Below, in pieces: positions 1 through 8,812 of a stretch of 64,000 nt of DNA (within the stretch, counting starts at the first letter, position 1; every line of letters begins with the position of its first letter). Position numbers and translations under genes: made by a program. Location: assembly GCA_000002435.2 (NCBI GenBank), contig CM018793.1; one strand, given 5' to 3'. The notes beneath the pieces were generated by a model. It was not told the origin of the DNA and did no database searches. It saw only the letters and a program-made list of their open reading frames with translations. Source of the DNA: Giardia intestinalis. Taxonomy: Eukaryota.

Positions 1-8
1 CTTCTGAT

Positions 9-2084
9 ATGAGCTCTGCCTCATCAGGCTATTTTATCATTTCAAAGAAGTGTGACTGGAACCATTGCATCCGTGAGCTAAGAAAGGGGCGAATAAGGCC
101 ATATAGGTATACTCGCATATTTATTAATCATGAGCCAATGCTCAGTGAGTATGACACCCTCAATAATAACGATCTGATGCCCGACACTTTAATGGAAGAA
201 ACTAGTCTCTTTGTTAGCCCTTTGATCCTAGCAGCTCTAGAAAACGATGTAAAAGCAATCTCAGAATTTGCACCAAAATATGCAGGGTTGCGCTCTGATC
301 GGGACGGAATGACGGCCCTCATGTTGGCTGCCGAAGCAGGACACATCGAGGCCACGCTTGAGTTGCGTAACTACGAGGCCTGCTTACGGAGCACTACCTT
401 CGCCACTGCCATGATGCTAGCTGTTGCTGCGGACCAAACAGAAACAGCCAAGTGTCTTGTTGAATATGAGCACGGATCCACTGACAAGACCTTGCAAACC
501 GCGCTACGTATTGCGGTTGATCGCGATAATATTGATATGGTGTTCCATTTGGCTAAATATGAGAGCGAGATAGGAGACCTGGACAATTACACACCACTTA
601 TGTGCGCCATAGAGCAACGAAAGTATGACATTGCTAGGCTACTGGTTCCATATGCTAGTAGGTGCCAAACAACAGACAGACACAAAAAGACCGCTTTGCT
701 CTTGGCGTTAGAGCAAGGTTACCTGGATTTGGCAGAATGCCTCATACCCCTTGAGGCGTGTCTTCAGGATGGCAATGGAACTACTGCTCTAATAGTCGCC
801 ATTGAGCAAGGATATGTAGACATTGCCGGTAGGCTTGTTTTGGAAGAGCAAGGACTATGCGATAAAAAGGGCAGAACGGCACTTATGTACGCGGCAAAAA
901 GAGGCTCACATGGATTGGTACACAAATTAGTGGATGCGGAAGCAAAGAGGCAAGACATCAAAGGTTTCACAGCTCTTATGGTGGCCGTGGCAAAAGAGCA
1001 TGTTGAGCTTGTTGACATCCTAGCACGCCACGAGGCAGGCCTTGCCAACAATGAAGGCCAGCGTGCTATAGATATCGCTATTCATAAAAATAACCAGGAG
1101 ATAATCTCCATTCTACTAGAGCATGAAGGACAATATCTTTCTCATGAAACTTTGCTAAAACTTCTCAAAACATTTCATAGTTCAGACATCCCCATCCTCC
1201 TTCGGCTCAGTACTCTCCTTCAGAAGCATTCCGCCCGCTTCTCTCTCGTCTTGTACGCGTCATCTCACAGCCTTAACGACCTATGCAGTCACATCCTTCA
1301 CTACCCGCAGCTGGTTGCTCGTCACGACCATCTTTATCTTGTAACATATCTTCAACGTACAAACAAAGACACAGAGAATGTCTGGAAGAGCTATTTTAAG
1401 GCTGTGAACACAAATCAGGCATTCAGGATTAATCATTTGATAATGAATGCCCGTCTTAGGAATAAGGAACTACACAGTTACATAGACGAAAAGGCCAGTG
1501 GCGTCCTTCGCTTTAAGATGTTCCTGGAATACGTTATTGTAGCCTCTGTGCAAAAGGAGTTCGAGCCGCTGGAGAAGTACTGCTCAAGCATGGCAGTGTG
1601 CTCAAAGCGTAAAGGCTTTGAGCGGCAGAAGGTTCCCATGCACGCTGTGGGAGACGTGTCCTTTATTGATTTGATGGTCTCCTCAAACCCCAATGGCAGT
1701 ATTCAGTCTCCAATGGAATTTCTCGCGCCTCGGCCTCCAGAACTCCGTCGTCCAGGGGAGTTTCCAGTCAAGAGCTTCTCTACTTCTCTAGCGAACATTT
1801 TGATAGACTTCTTATTGGAATATGCAACCACCCCCGTCGAGAGTCTCCCTCATCTCTGTGGAGTCTATGACGCTGCAGCTAATGACATGGCAGTGCTTGT
1901 GGAGGAGCTGGAAGGGCACAACCTTTGCTGCTACTGTCATGTACAGCCGATGTCACTGATTTACTGGCCTTGCAGGCACCTTTATGCGTGCTGTGACTGC
2001 GCCAGAAGCATTCAAAGACAGTGCTGCGAGATCTGCAGAGGGAAGATCGAGGGTGGAATCCCACTACCGATGCCGCACGACTAA
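9..2084 (+). CDS. Ankyrin-repeat protein (21.1-like) with C-terminal C3HC4 RING finger; possibly 5'-truncated by the window edge
   Basis: ATG at 9 with no upstream in-frame stop inside the window. At least 10 ANK-like repeats, for example GMTALMLAAEAGH, TALMLAVAADQTE, GNGTTALIVAIEQGYVDIA and GRTALMYAAKRGSHGLVHKLV. C-terminal RING: CCYCHVQPMSLIYWPCRHLYACCDCARSIQRQCCEICRGKI. Confidence 0.75.
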   Translation: MSSASSGYFIISKKCDWNHCIRELRKGRIRPYRYTRIFINHEPMLSEYDTLNNNDLMPDTLMEETSLFVSPLILAALENDVKAISEFAPKYAGLRSDRDGMTALMLAAEAGHIEATLELRNYEACLRSTTFATAMMLAVAADQTETAKCLVEYEHGSTDKTLQTALRIAVDRDNIDMVFHLAKYESEIGDLDNYTPLMCAIEQRKYDIARLLVPYASRCQTTDRHKKTALLLALEQGYLDLAECLIPLEACLQDGNGTTALIVAIEQGYVDIAGRLVLEEQGLCDKKGRTALMYAAKRGSHGLVHKLVDAEAKRQDIKGFTALMVAVAKEHVELVDILARHEAGLANNEGQRAIDIAIHKNNQEIISILLEHEGQYLSHETLLKLLKTFHSSDIPILLRLSTLLQKHSARFSLVLYASSHSLNDLCSHILHYPQLVARHDHLYLVTYLQRTNKDTENVWKSYFKAVNTNQAFRINHLIMNARLRNKELHSYIDEKASGVLRFKMFLEYVIVASVQKEFEPLEKYCSSMAVCSKRKGFERQKVPMHAVGDVSFIDLMVSSNPNGSIQSPMEFLAPRPPELRRPGEFPVKSFSTSLANILIDFLLEYATTPVESLPHLCGVYDAAANDMAVLVEELEGHNLCCYCHVQPMSLIYWPCRHLYACCDCARSIQRQCCEICRGKIEGGIPLPMPHD

Positions 2085-2093
2085 GTATGTCGT

Positions 2094-2519
2094 TTACTGC
2101 TCGTCCAGCTTAGTAAGGAAGCTGTCGACGTCCCCACTGCTCATCCCCACAAAGTTGTGGATGACGCAAGCAGACGCGGGCACCACCTTTATGATCTTGT
2201 CGGAATCTGCAAGGCAGCGGACCTGCCCAGTGAGCTCCCCAAGGGTCCTGCGGGTGAACTTCTTGCAGAGGTGCACTTTGTATTCCTTGCAGAGGCACTC
2301 GACTATATCTGCGTACTGCTTCTCCTCACAGTCAGATGCGAGGAAGCAGATCTTGGCGCGCTTCCTTTCCAAATACTTGAAAACCTGACGGTGGCCGGTC
2401 ACGAGGCCGTCCATGTTGTGGATCCTCTTGAACGTCTCCTTAAGGAAGTTCTCTCTGGTCGTATCTGCCATAGTTTTATGGAGAGTCAGCACCAACCATT
2501 TTAGTCCATAAAATTTCAA
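2094..2519 (-). CDS. RPS12: 40S ribosomal protein S12 (eS12, L7Ae fold); alternative start at 2471 (MADTT...)
   Basis: HNMDGLVTGHRQVFKYLERKRAKICFLASDCEEKQYADIVECLCKEYKVHLCKKF...GELTGQVRCLADSDKIIKVVPASACVIHNFVG matches the eS12 core ([31 protein letters not shown]...[28 protein letters not shown]). AT-rich initiator lies immediately 5' of the 2519 ATG on the minus strand. Confidence 0.8.
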   Translation of the reverse strand: MKFYGLKWLVLTLHKTMADTTRENFLKETFKRIHNMDGLVTGHRQVFKYLERKRAKICFLASDCEEKQYADIVECLCKEYKVHLCKKFTRRTLGELTGQVRCLADSDKIIKVVPASACVIHNFVGMSSGDVDSFLTKLDEQ

Positions 2520-2594
2520 ATTAAAGTAATTAAATTTTTTTATTAAACCGTGTTGATATTAAATCTCGTAAAGAAATTTAATCAAAGAAACTTA
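2520..2594. promoter_or_regulatory. AT-rich divergent intergenic spacer (bidirectional core promoter) between RPS12 and the downstream + strand gene
   Basis: ccataaaatttcaaattaaagtaattaaatttttttattaaacc is strongly AT-rich. It is flanked by divergent ATGs. The short AT-rich initiator-type promoter is typical of diplomonads. Confidence 0.5.
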
Positions 2595-3761
2595 ATGAGC
2601 GCTGATGACATTTCCAGCGTTGAAGACATCTCTGGCGGTGTTCCGGCCACCAGCCAGACAGACAACAGTCTTATCGAAGCCTTTTCAGCAGTGACAGACT
2701 TGCCGTCCTTTTCTGTGTCTATCGACGTTTCTGACTCCTCGGAAACAAGCGGGTCGGACTCCACATATAACATTTCATTCTACTCGCGAACGCTAGGCCG
2801 GAAGAAATGCTTAAACATTAATAACTGTGTCTTGCGCGTTGCAGACGACAAACAAGATGACTTGGCCGCTGCGCTAGAGATCTTTCTAAAAGCTCGAGAC
2901 CCCCTCGCTAACCAGAAGTTCTACAACTACCCCAGCCTAGAATTTTATGTTGACCCAATTCACACAATTATACTCAAGGCAATAGAAGGGTCGTCTGGCC
3001 CCAAAGCAAGAATGTCTGACATTTATGCATTGTCTGCCCTACAGTGTGATCCCTCCTCATGCAGAACCGAGGACACACTAATGCGTACCAAGTTGGAGGC
3101 CATCTATCCATTGCTTTCGTGGGTTCCTCAACGCTCTAAGGCATACCTAGAGTCTATGTTGCCAGTTAGCATGAGTCGCCATTTGAACCTGCCGGCAAAG
3201 CTGTGCATGAGCCAGCCCCTGGGCCGAAATAATGATGAGTCCAACGAAGAAGTTGATGGCGAGGTAGACTGCATAAGGATTCAAATAGGTAATAAGATCC
3301 ATCCCTTTGAGAGAGTCACAAGCATACCCCATCTAGGAACCACCCTACTATCTAAGGCATACGTCGGCATTGATGATGAATCCCCTGTAATAGTAGAATT
3401 CGTCTGTCCAGTCTGCAGCATGGAGCTAAATGTGGATGAGGTAATTAAAGATCTTTTGATTGAACATGGAGTTTCACTGTTAGAGCGTCAAATAGAAGGA
3501 CTCGACCTTTCGGACCCGGATTTCCCAAAGGATAAGTACACTCTGTCTAGGGTAGAAAAGGCTAAAGAGATCAGCGTCCACGAAGCGGTAGGACATCTTC
3601 GTAGAGTCGTGAGTGATTCGCTGCGTGAGTACTTCTGTAGACATCTGGCGAAGGAGAAGTTGAGGCTTCAAGGCATAATGTGCCCCGACGAACTGATGGA
3701 GGGGCAATATAGGATATTCATGACAGAGCTTAAGAGGCGACTGGCAGAGGCATCTCTGTAG
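2595..3761 (+). CDS. Hypothetical protein (389 aa from first ATG; ORF track starts at GTG 2550)
   Basis: Long uninterrupted ORF with an acidic/Ser-rich N-terminus and one CPVC motif. No recognisable domain. Start moved to the first ATG (MSADD...). Confidence 0.5.
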   Translation: MSADDISSVEDISGGVPATSQTDNSLIEAFSAVTDLPSFSVSIDVSDSSETSGSDSTYNISFYSRTLGRKKCLNINNCVLRVADDKQDDLAAALEIFLKARDPLANQKFYNYPSLEFYVDPIHTIILKAIEGSSGPKARMSDIYALSALQCDPSSCRTEDTLMRTKLEAIYPLLSWVPQRSKAYLESMLPVSMSRHLNLPAKLCMSQPLGRNNDESNEEVDGEVDCIRIQIGNKIHPFERVTSIPHLGTTLLSKAYVGIDDESPVIVEFVCPVCSMELNVDEVIKDLLIEHGVSLLERQIEGLDLSDPDFPKDKYTLSRVEKAKEISVHEAVGHLRRVVSDSLREYFCRHLAKEKLRLQGIMCPDELMEGQYRIFMTELKRRLAEASL

Positions 3762-3813
3762 AATGAGATAAGGCAGAAAGCTTCACCAGAGAGGTAGGGT
3801 AGGGACACCAGCT

Positions 3814-5925
3814 TCAATTCTGCGCATCCATCATGTCCAAAAGTGTAATTATCCCTGTGTATGTGCACACCACGTATAGGCCCACTATGTCGCAATCTTG
3901 AGTTCGTCTCAAGGGGCTTTCCATCCGTGCCTTGGGTGCCTTGGTGCCTGAGCCAGGTTTCTTGATTCCTCCGTCCAGGACAGACTCGGTGTCAATGAAT
4001 ATTGCCAGTATGCTCTCGAGTGTCTGGCCGGCCAAGATAATGGCGGCTTTGCTTTGAGTTGTATCTAGCAAGCTTTCCTTCAATTCTTCTATGCACACGC
4101 TGTCATTGTCCGTCGCTAGCTCAGTTGACTTCAGAGTATGCCCGTTTATCTTCATCTTCTGTTCCTGCAACTCCAAGAGATGGCGCAGAGCGATCCTAGC
4201 CTTTGATTTGACACTTAGATGGTTCAATATTATTCCTATCTGAGCGACATTCCTATCAGTGACATTTTTGGGACTGTCTCCCTCCAGGTCCAACGCTCGA
4301 AACAAGGACTCGTTTTGAAGTTCGCCACTCATAGTTTTCTCCTTTATCGCTTTCTGGATGAGAGAGTTCTCATTCATGGACGCTATGGTGTTTCTCACCC
4401 TTTCATTTAGCTCTGCAATAGTACTGCTGTACGTGTCATAGAGGGATAAGGCCCGTATGTACTTGATGCGGAACTTACTGTGATCAGCTGGTGATAAGAC
4501 ACGGAGCCTGCTCAGTGACGATTGCTTGATGGACACGGTCACTTGAGGAATCGCTAACATCAATGTTAGCAGCGAGGTCAGGCTTGGCTGCTTGGTGCTG
4601 GTCACGAGTGTCTGCGTTGAGAGTCCAGAGCAATCTAGCTGGATGTGCACGTGCCTGGGCAGCTTCACGCATGGAAGCACACTTGTCAGCTCGCCGATCT
4701 TCTCTTTAATAGTTTTCTTCGATAGAATTAATGGTAAAAATTCTATTAAGCATAAAATTTGTATTGATTCAAAGGTTTTTGCCTTATCACTTTGAAAGTC
4801 AGTGACGTCGTTTTCTCTTTGTAGGAGGTCAGAGACGTTGAGGTTGTGGAGGTGAAGATACTGTGCTATAAACTCTATGGCGAGCACCTGCAAATGCTGC
4901 CAAATGTTCTGCAAAGCTGAATGGCTTGCACAAGGAAGTAGAAACACGCCTTCTAGTTGTCTGAACAGGCGTAGTCGTTCTGCTAATTCCTTTTGGTAAT
5001 GTTTTGTTCTGAAGAGAGTCATCAGAAGGCCTACAAGTGACGACACCAAACTTGCACCTGTACCCAAATTAATAGTGACCACAATTGAAGGTTGGTGGTT
5101 CTTTTTATTCAGCTCGTCTACAGTAGTGAACCGGTACTCCTCTGTGACCCCTGTGTCGGCTAGGCCCTGGCTTTCTAGCAACTTTCTTACTTGATGGGCA
5201 TCTGGGTCTATCCCGCTCGCTGTAATGCCGGCGATAGGGTTGTAAGCGGAATCTATAGGGTAGGGTAGGTCACTTTCCAGTGTTGATTCCTTAATAGTAT
5301 AGGGTAATTCATCACATGTAGAGAGACGCACACCGGTCTTCTCAAGTTCTGCACAAAACTCTTCCTGCTTGGCTTCAACCTCTGAAGTGTTAAGAGCTAG
5401 ATGGCTCAGCTTGTTTAATGCGTTGCTCCGCAGCAGTGTAGTTAGTGATTCTACCAGCACTTTATCTTCGTAGAGTCCAGATGTTACCACTGTATACCCA
5501 GAGAGTAAGCTGTGCATGCATGAGCCTATGAACAGCCTAGTGGCATTCCACTTGTGATGGGACATGTGAGAAAATAGAGACGTAAATTCCGTTACTCTTC
5601 GATCGGACTGGACAGGCGTTAGCTCTCTCAGATAGCTTTCCCAATGTTTGCTCAGCACATCGAAGCCACCGACTGGACCTAGGGCCATGTCGCGCTTACT
5701 GGTCGCCTGCTTTCGGAGTTCTTGGGTTGCATCAGGTGCTGTAGATGGCTGGCTCTGGGTATGTGTCTCCTGTTGACCTTTAGCTTGTTTAGAATTGGTC
5801 GTCCTGCTGCTACGAGCTAGCTGCAAATTACTGTTGCATTCTGACAGGCTATATGTCTTTAGCTTACGCTGCGCGGCCTCGTCCCACGCAGCGTACCGTG
5901 CTCCTTCCAAAGTAAATATTGGCAT
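3814..5925 (-). CDS. Hypothetical protein (~703 aa; track start 5931 is TTG, first ATG at 5925)
   Basis: 2.1-kb uninterrupted ORF. AT-rich sequence (aattgtaaattgagtATG) directly upstream on the minus strand. No recognisable domain. Confidence 0.55.
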   Translation of the reverse strand: MPIFTLEGARYAAWDEAAQRKLKTYSLSECNSNLQLARSSRTTNSKQAKGQQETHTQSQPSTAPDATQELRKQATSKRDMALGPVGGFDVLSKHWESYLRELTPVQSDRRVTEFTSLFSHMSHHKWNATRLFIGSCMHSLLSGYTVVTSGLYEDKVLVESLTTLLRSNALNKLSHLALNTSEVEAKQEEFCAELEKTGVRLSTCDELPYTIKESTLESDLPYPIDSAYNPIAGITASGIDPDAHQVRKLLESQGLADTGVTEEYRFTTVDELNKKNHQPSIVVTINLGTGASLVSSLVGLLMTLFRTKHYQKELAERLRLFRQLEGVFLLPCASHSALQNIWQHLQVLAIEFIAQYLHLHNLNVSDLLQRENDVTDFQSDKAKTFESIQILCLIEFLPLILSKKTIKEKIGELTSVLPCVKLPRHVHIQLDCSGLSTQTLVTSTKQPSLTSLLTLMLAIPQVTVSIKQSSLSRLRVLSPADHSKFRIKYIRALSLYDTYSSTIAELNERVRNTIASMNENSLIQKAIKEKTMSGELQNESLFRALDLEGDSPKNVTDRNVAQIGIILNHLSVKSKARIALRHLLELQEQKMKINGHTLKSTELATDNDSVCIEELKESLLDTTQSKAAIILAGQTLESILAIFIDTESVLDGGIKKPGSGTKAPKARMESPLRRTQDCDIVGLYVVCTYTGIITLLDMMDAQN

Positions 5926-5998
5926 ACTCAATTTACAATTCCGGAATTCTTGCTTTGGCTCATGAATTCACTTGCATATACATGAACAAGCCTAGCTT

Positions 5999-7591
5999 TC
6001 AGGGTAGCTTCTCACGGGGAAGGATGTTGCGCTTCAGTAGGGTTTTTGCCAGTCTCTTCATACGATAACGGACCTGAATGTCGGTTCTGCCCTTGACATA
6101 GTTGGCTATCATCTTCCACTGCCTTGGAGGGCAAAGCTTGACCGCCTCAATTAATGCATTATCGTCCTCAGGCGTCCATTTTCCCTTGACAATTGAGGGA
6201 TCCAGCACACGGAGCCAGTGCTGGCTGCACTGGTCCGCAGAGCGCTCGGGGAGATGTGGACATTCGCGGTGGACAAGCCTGGCGACGTTCTTCCAGTTTC
6301 TTGTGCCAAGGGCGGCGACAACTTTGATCAAAGCCTCGTCTTCTTCTGGTGCCCAGTTCGTGCACGGCTTCCTACGTATTACGTAATAGTCAGTTGTTGA
6401 AGAGTCGGACTCTGCATAGCCATCAGTGCCTCTATCATCCTCTGTGGCCTCTGGCGGGCCGGGAGGACGATAAGCGTCACTCTGGTCGTTAGCAGGCATG
6501 TGGAGTGAACCAGATGTAGGCATTTTCTTGCTCTTGGAGCACGCAGAGGCCAAGTCCTGCTTTGGTCTAGTCTTACCACGTTTGGCGTCATTAGGGAGGG
6601 TTGGAACGGCTCTAATACGCTCATCAATTATGGGGCCGTCTGTGTAGCTCTGTGGAAGCGGATACGCTCGCTGGCTCTGACCGTGGACTTTATGAGCATG
6701 TGTGCTATCTCTGCATCCTAGTTCGTTGGAGCCAGAAGAACACGTGGTGAATGAGGATAGTGTACTGCTCCCGTTGGCTGAAGGAAGAGACACGTCTCCG
6801 GTATCATAGCTGGTGCATGAGTAGGAGCAGTGTCCGGTGTCTTCCTGGAGGTCGTGAGATTGGATGGGCTTAGACTGACCACAATAAACTGGATTGCAGT
6901 TGACGTCGTCATGGAGAAACTCAGAGTGGGGATGGTAGTACTCTCCATAGTCGTGGCAGGTGGCGCCAAAAAAGTTTTGAGGATCATCATATGAGATATC
7001 TACCTGAGAACGCGCTATGTTTTTAATAGGGGAATTTAATTGGTCTACATGGATTACAGACTCCTTCGAATCCCCATACTCCTCAAATAATGGGTATTTT
7101 GTTGATAGCACAGTAGATCCTGTCTCCATGGGATCGTGAGTAATAACTCCCTTGACATTTGGCATGCCCGCGGAAGAATAGCTGGAAGGCATCGGAGTCA
7201 AGGCAGGTGGACTGTATACTACTCCGTGCCCGCCAAAGGAGATGCTTTCCTTGAAAGAGTAAGATAGGGAAGGCGAGGAAAGCTGTCCAGAGCAGTGCGT
7301 GATGTAGTAGCCGTTGTAATGAGGATGCTCAGACGCATTGACGTCGTAGACCTTTTGTGCTGTAGCTACCATAGGAGAGCGGAAAGGGCCAGCTGGTGCC
7401 ACGTAGCACGGAGAGATACGAGCCTTGAAGACGTGGAGCAGGTCATCATTAAAGTGGTCTACAGGATAGTTCTTAGAGAAGGGAGAGGAAACGGCAACAT
7501 ATCCTTGAGCAAACGGAGAGTGGACGCACTGTGGCGGAGTTGGCTGGGGTACGCGTTTCGGTGTTGATGGCTGAGAAGGTACCGGTAACAT
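5999..7591 (-). CDS. Myb-like DNA-binding transcription factor with two C-terminal Myb/SANT repeats (Giardia Myb2-like)
   Basis: C-terminus: WAPEEDEALIKVVAALGTRNWKNVARLV...CSQHWLRVLDPSIVKGKWTPEDDNALIEAVKLCPPRQWKMIANYVKGRTDIQVRYRMKRL, giving two W-x19-W-x19-W Myb repeats. The N-terminal ~400 aa is Ser/Pro/Tyr-rich and low-complexity. True ATG at 7591. Confidence 0.7.
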   Translation of the reverse strand: MLPVPSQPSTPKRVPQPTPPQCVHSPFAQGYVAVSSPFSKNYPVDHFNDDLLHVFKARISPCYVAPAGPFRSPMVATAQKVYDVNASEHPHYNGYYITHCSGQLSSPSLSYSFKESISFGGHGVVYSPPALTPMPSSYSSAGMPNVKGVITHDPMETGSTVLSTKYPLFEEYGDSKESVIHVDQLNSPIKNIARSQVDISYDDPQNFFGATCHDYGEYYHPHSEFLHDDVNCNPVYCGQSKPIQSHDLQEDTGHCSYSCTSYDTGDVSLPSANGSSTLSSFTTCSSGSNELGCRDSTHAHKVHGQSQRAYPLPQSYTDGPIIDERIRAVPTLPNDAKRGKTRPKQDLASACSKSKKMPTSGSLHMPANDQSDAYRPPGPPEATEDDRGTDGYAESDSSTTDYYVIRRKPCTNWAPEEDEALIKVVAALGTRNWKNVARLVHRECPHLPERSADQCSQHWLRVLDPSIVKGKWTPEDDNALIEAVKLCPPRQWKMIANYVKGRTDIQVRYRMKRLAKTLLKRNILPREKLP

Positions 7592-7765
7592 TAGCAGTAC
7601 AGAGTAATTATTATTTTAGTAAGCTGTAGAAGAAGAAAAAATACATAGCCATAAAGCGTTCTATTGACGCCAGTGAAAATTGCAAGGAAGCGCAACTTCT
7701 TATTTCGCAGACTTACCCGTAATGGCGTTGACTGAAGAGAAAAACGTGAACAGCAAATGGAAACG

Positions 7766-7796
7766 CTACAGTGCATTGTTACAGACTACACTACAG
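7766..7796. promoter_or_regulatory. Cluster of Myb-site-like hexamers (CTACAG, TTACAG, CTACAG) ~175-205 bp upstream of the Myb-like gene
   Basis: Sequence is aaacgCTACAGtgcattgTTACAGactacaCTACAGtcg. C(T/A)ACAG is the reported Giardia Myb2 recognition motif in encystation promoters, including that of myb2 itself. Three copies fall within 31 bp. Confidence 0.35.
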
Positions 7797-8091
7797 TCGA
7801 TGCTATGTCTACAAAAGTGTGGATGAGATGGCAGTCGGGCCGCGCTGCATCAGAGTGGTTCAATTGGGACGGAGCGGGAGCAGTCCGTCTAATTCTTTTG
7901 AATCAGAATTCTTTGCACGAAATGCATGGCTATCATATGCATTGGGCTGCTCTCATTCTCCAAGACGCCTGGCAAAAGTTTCCCAGAACTGTACCTCTAC
8001 AGCAACAGGTCTTTGCGGCGTTACAATAATAATTTAAACAGCACTCAAGCGAGAAGGCATGTATAAGTGGGCAACACCCAGGACAGGTCTT

Positions 8092-8118
8092 GGCGTTTAT
8101 GGCGTTTCGGGCGTTTAC
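8092..8118. repeat. 3 x 9-bp tandem repeat GGCGTTT[AC][TCG] inside the long Myb upstream intergenic region
   Basis: ggcgtttat ggcgtttcg ggcgtttac read directly from the sequence. Confidence 0.6.
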
Positions 8119-8812
8119 CTTGTTGCGCATGGCGTATATTCTAACGAACCCCAAGGACCCCATGCCATGTACTGCTCATGTGCCAGTTGGATGCTTTAAA
8201 AACTCTGAAAACTCATGGTCGATAGCGAAACGAAGAAGGGGAGCCGGACAAACCAGGCTCGAAAAGGCAGACTCGCGGCAATTAAGCTTGCAGCCAATTG
8301 ACGAAAAAAATCTTTGCAAAAGTGTGGTAGAAACTAGTTACTAATCATTCTTAAATGAAAACCGGAAAGCGCGTCTAGAAGTAGTGCTGTGCCATTGTCG
8401 ATCAACCGGGAAAGTGCATAATCTGTTTTGGCTCCTAGATGAGGGCCTATTCATGGTTTGCATGTGTCCATCAAACAAACACCAGTTGACATGTTCCATA
8501 AGGGATAGAATTTTTTTATAATATTGCAATCAGTTGTGTTAGACAAACCATCAGTAGGCAAGACAGAGTAGGGTAGGGTTAAAATACATTGTGCAGTCAG
8601 CTATAGAGGTGCAGGGCCCGTTGGTATGTCGATACACTACGCTGATACAGATTCAGCAGACTAGTTTTGCATGAACCATGGATGGGCACATCCTGTCAAC
8701 TGCCAAGCCCGCATGCTACAGTGCCAGTAAGCTCCTAGAGGAGGGCCTGAGAGGTTGCGAAGATGAATGACGGAGTAGGTAAAATCATAGACTTTCAAGA
8801 AATTTTCAAAAA

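Noticed and set aside
128-1051. Antisense ORFs (128-355, 371-586, 764-1051 on -) inside the ankyrin-RING gene
   Set aside because: Short, no start context, fully nested in a well-supported CDS on the other strand. They are typical frame-shadow ORFs.
1984-2504. ORFs 1984-2388 (+), 2157-2504 (+) and 2110-2298 (-) overlapping the RPS12 gene
   Set aside because: The minus-strand 141-aa ORF has an unmistakable eS12 match. The overlapping ORFs have no features and only shadow it.
7757-8529. Small ORFs (61-90 aa) in the 1.2-kb region upstream of the Myb-like gene
   Set aside because: They overlap each other in different frames, have no start contexts and no motifs. The region is better read as a long promoter or non-coding sequence.
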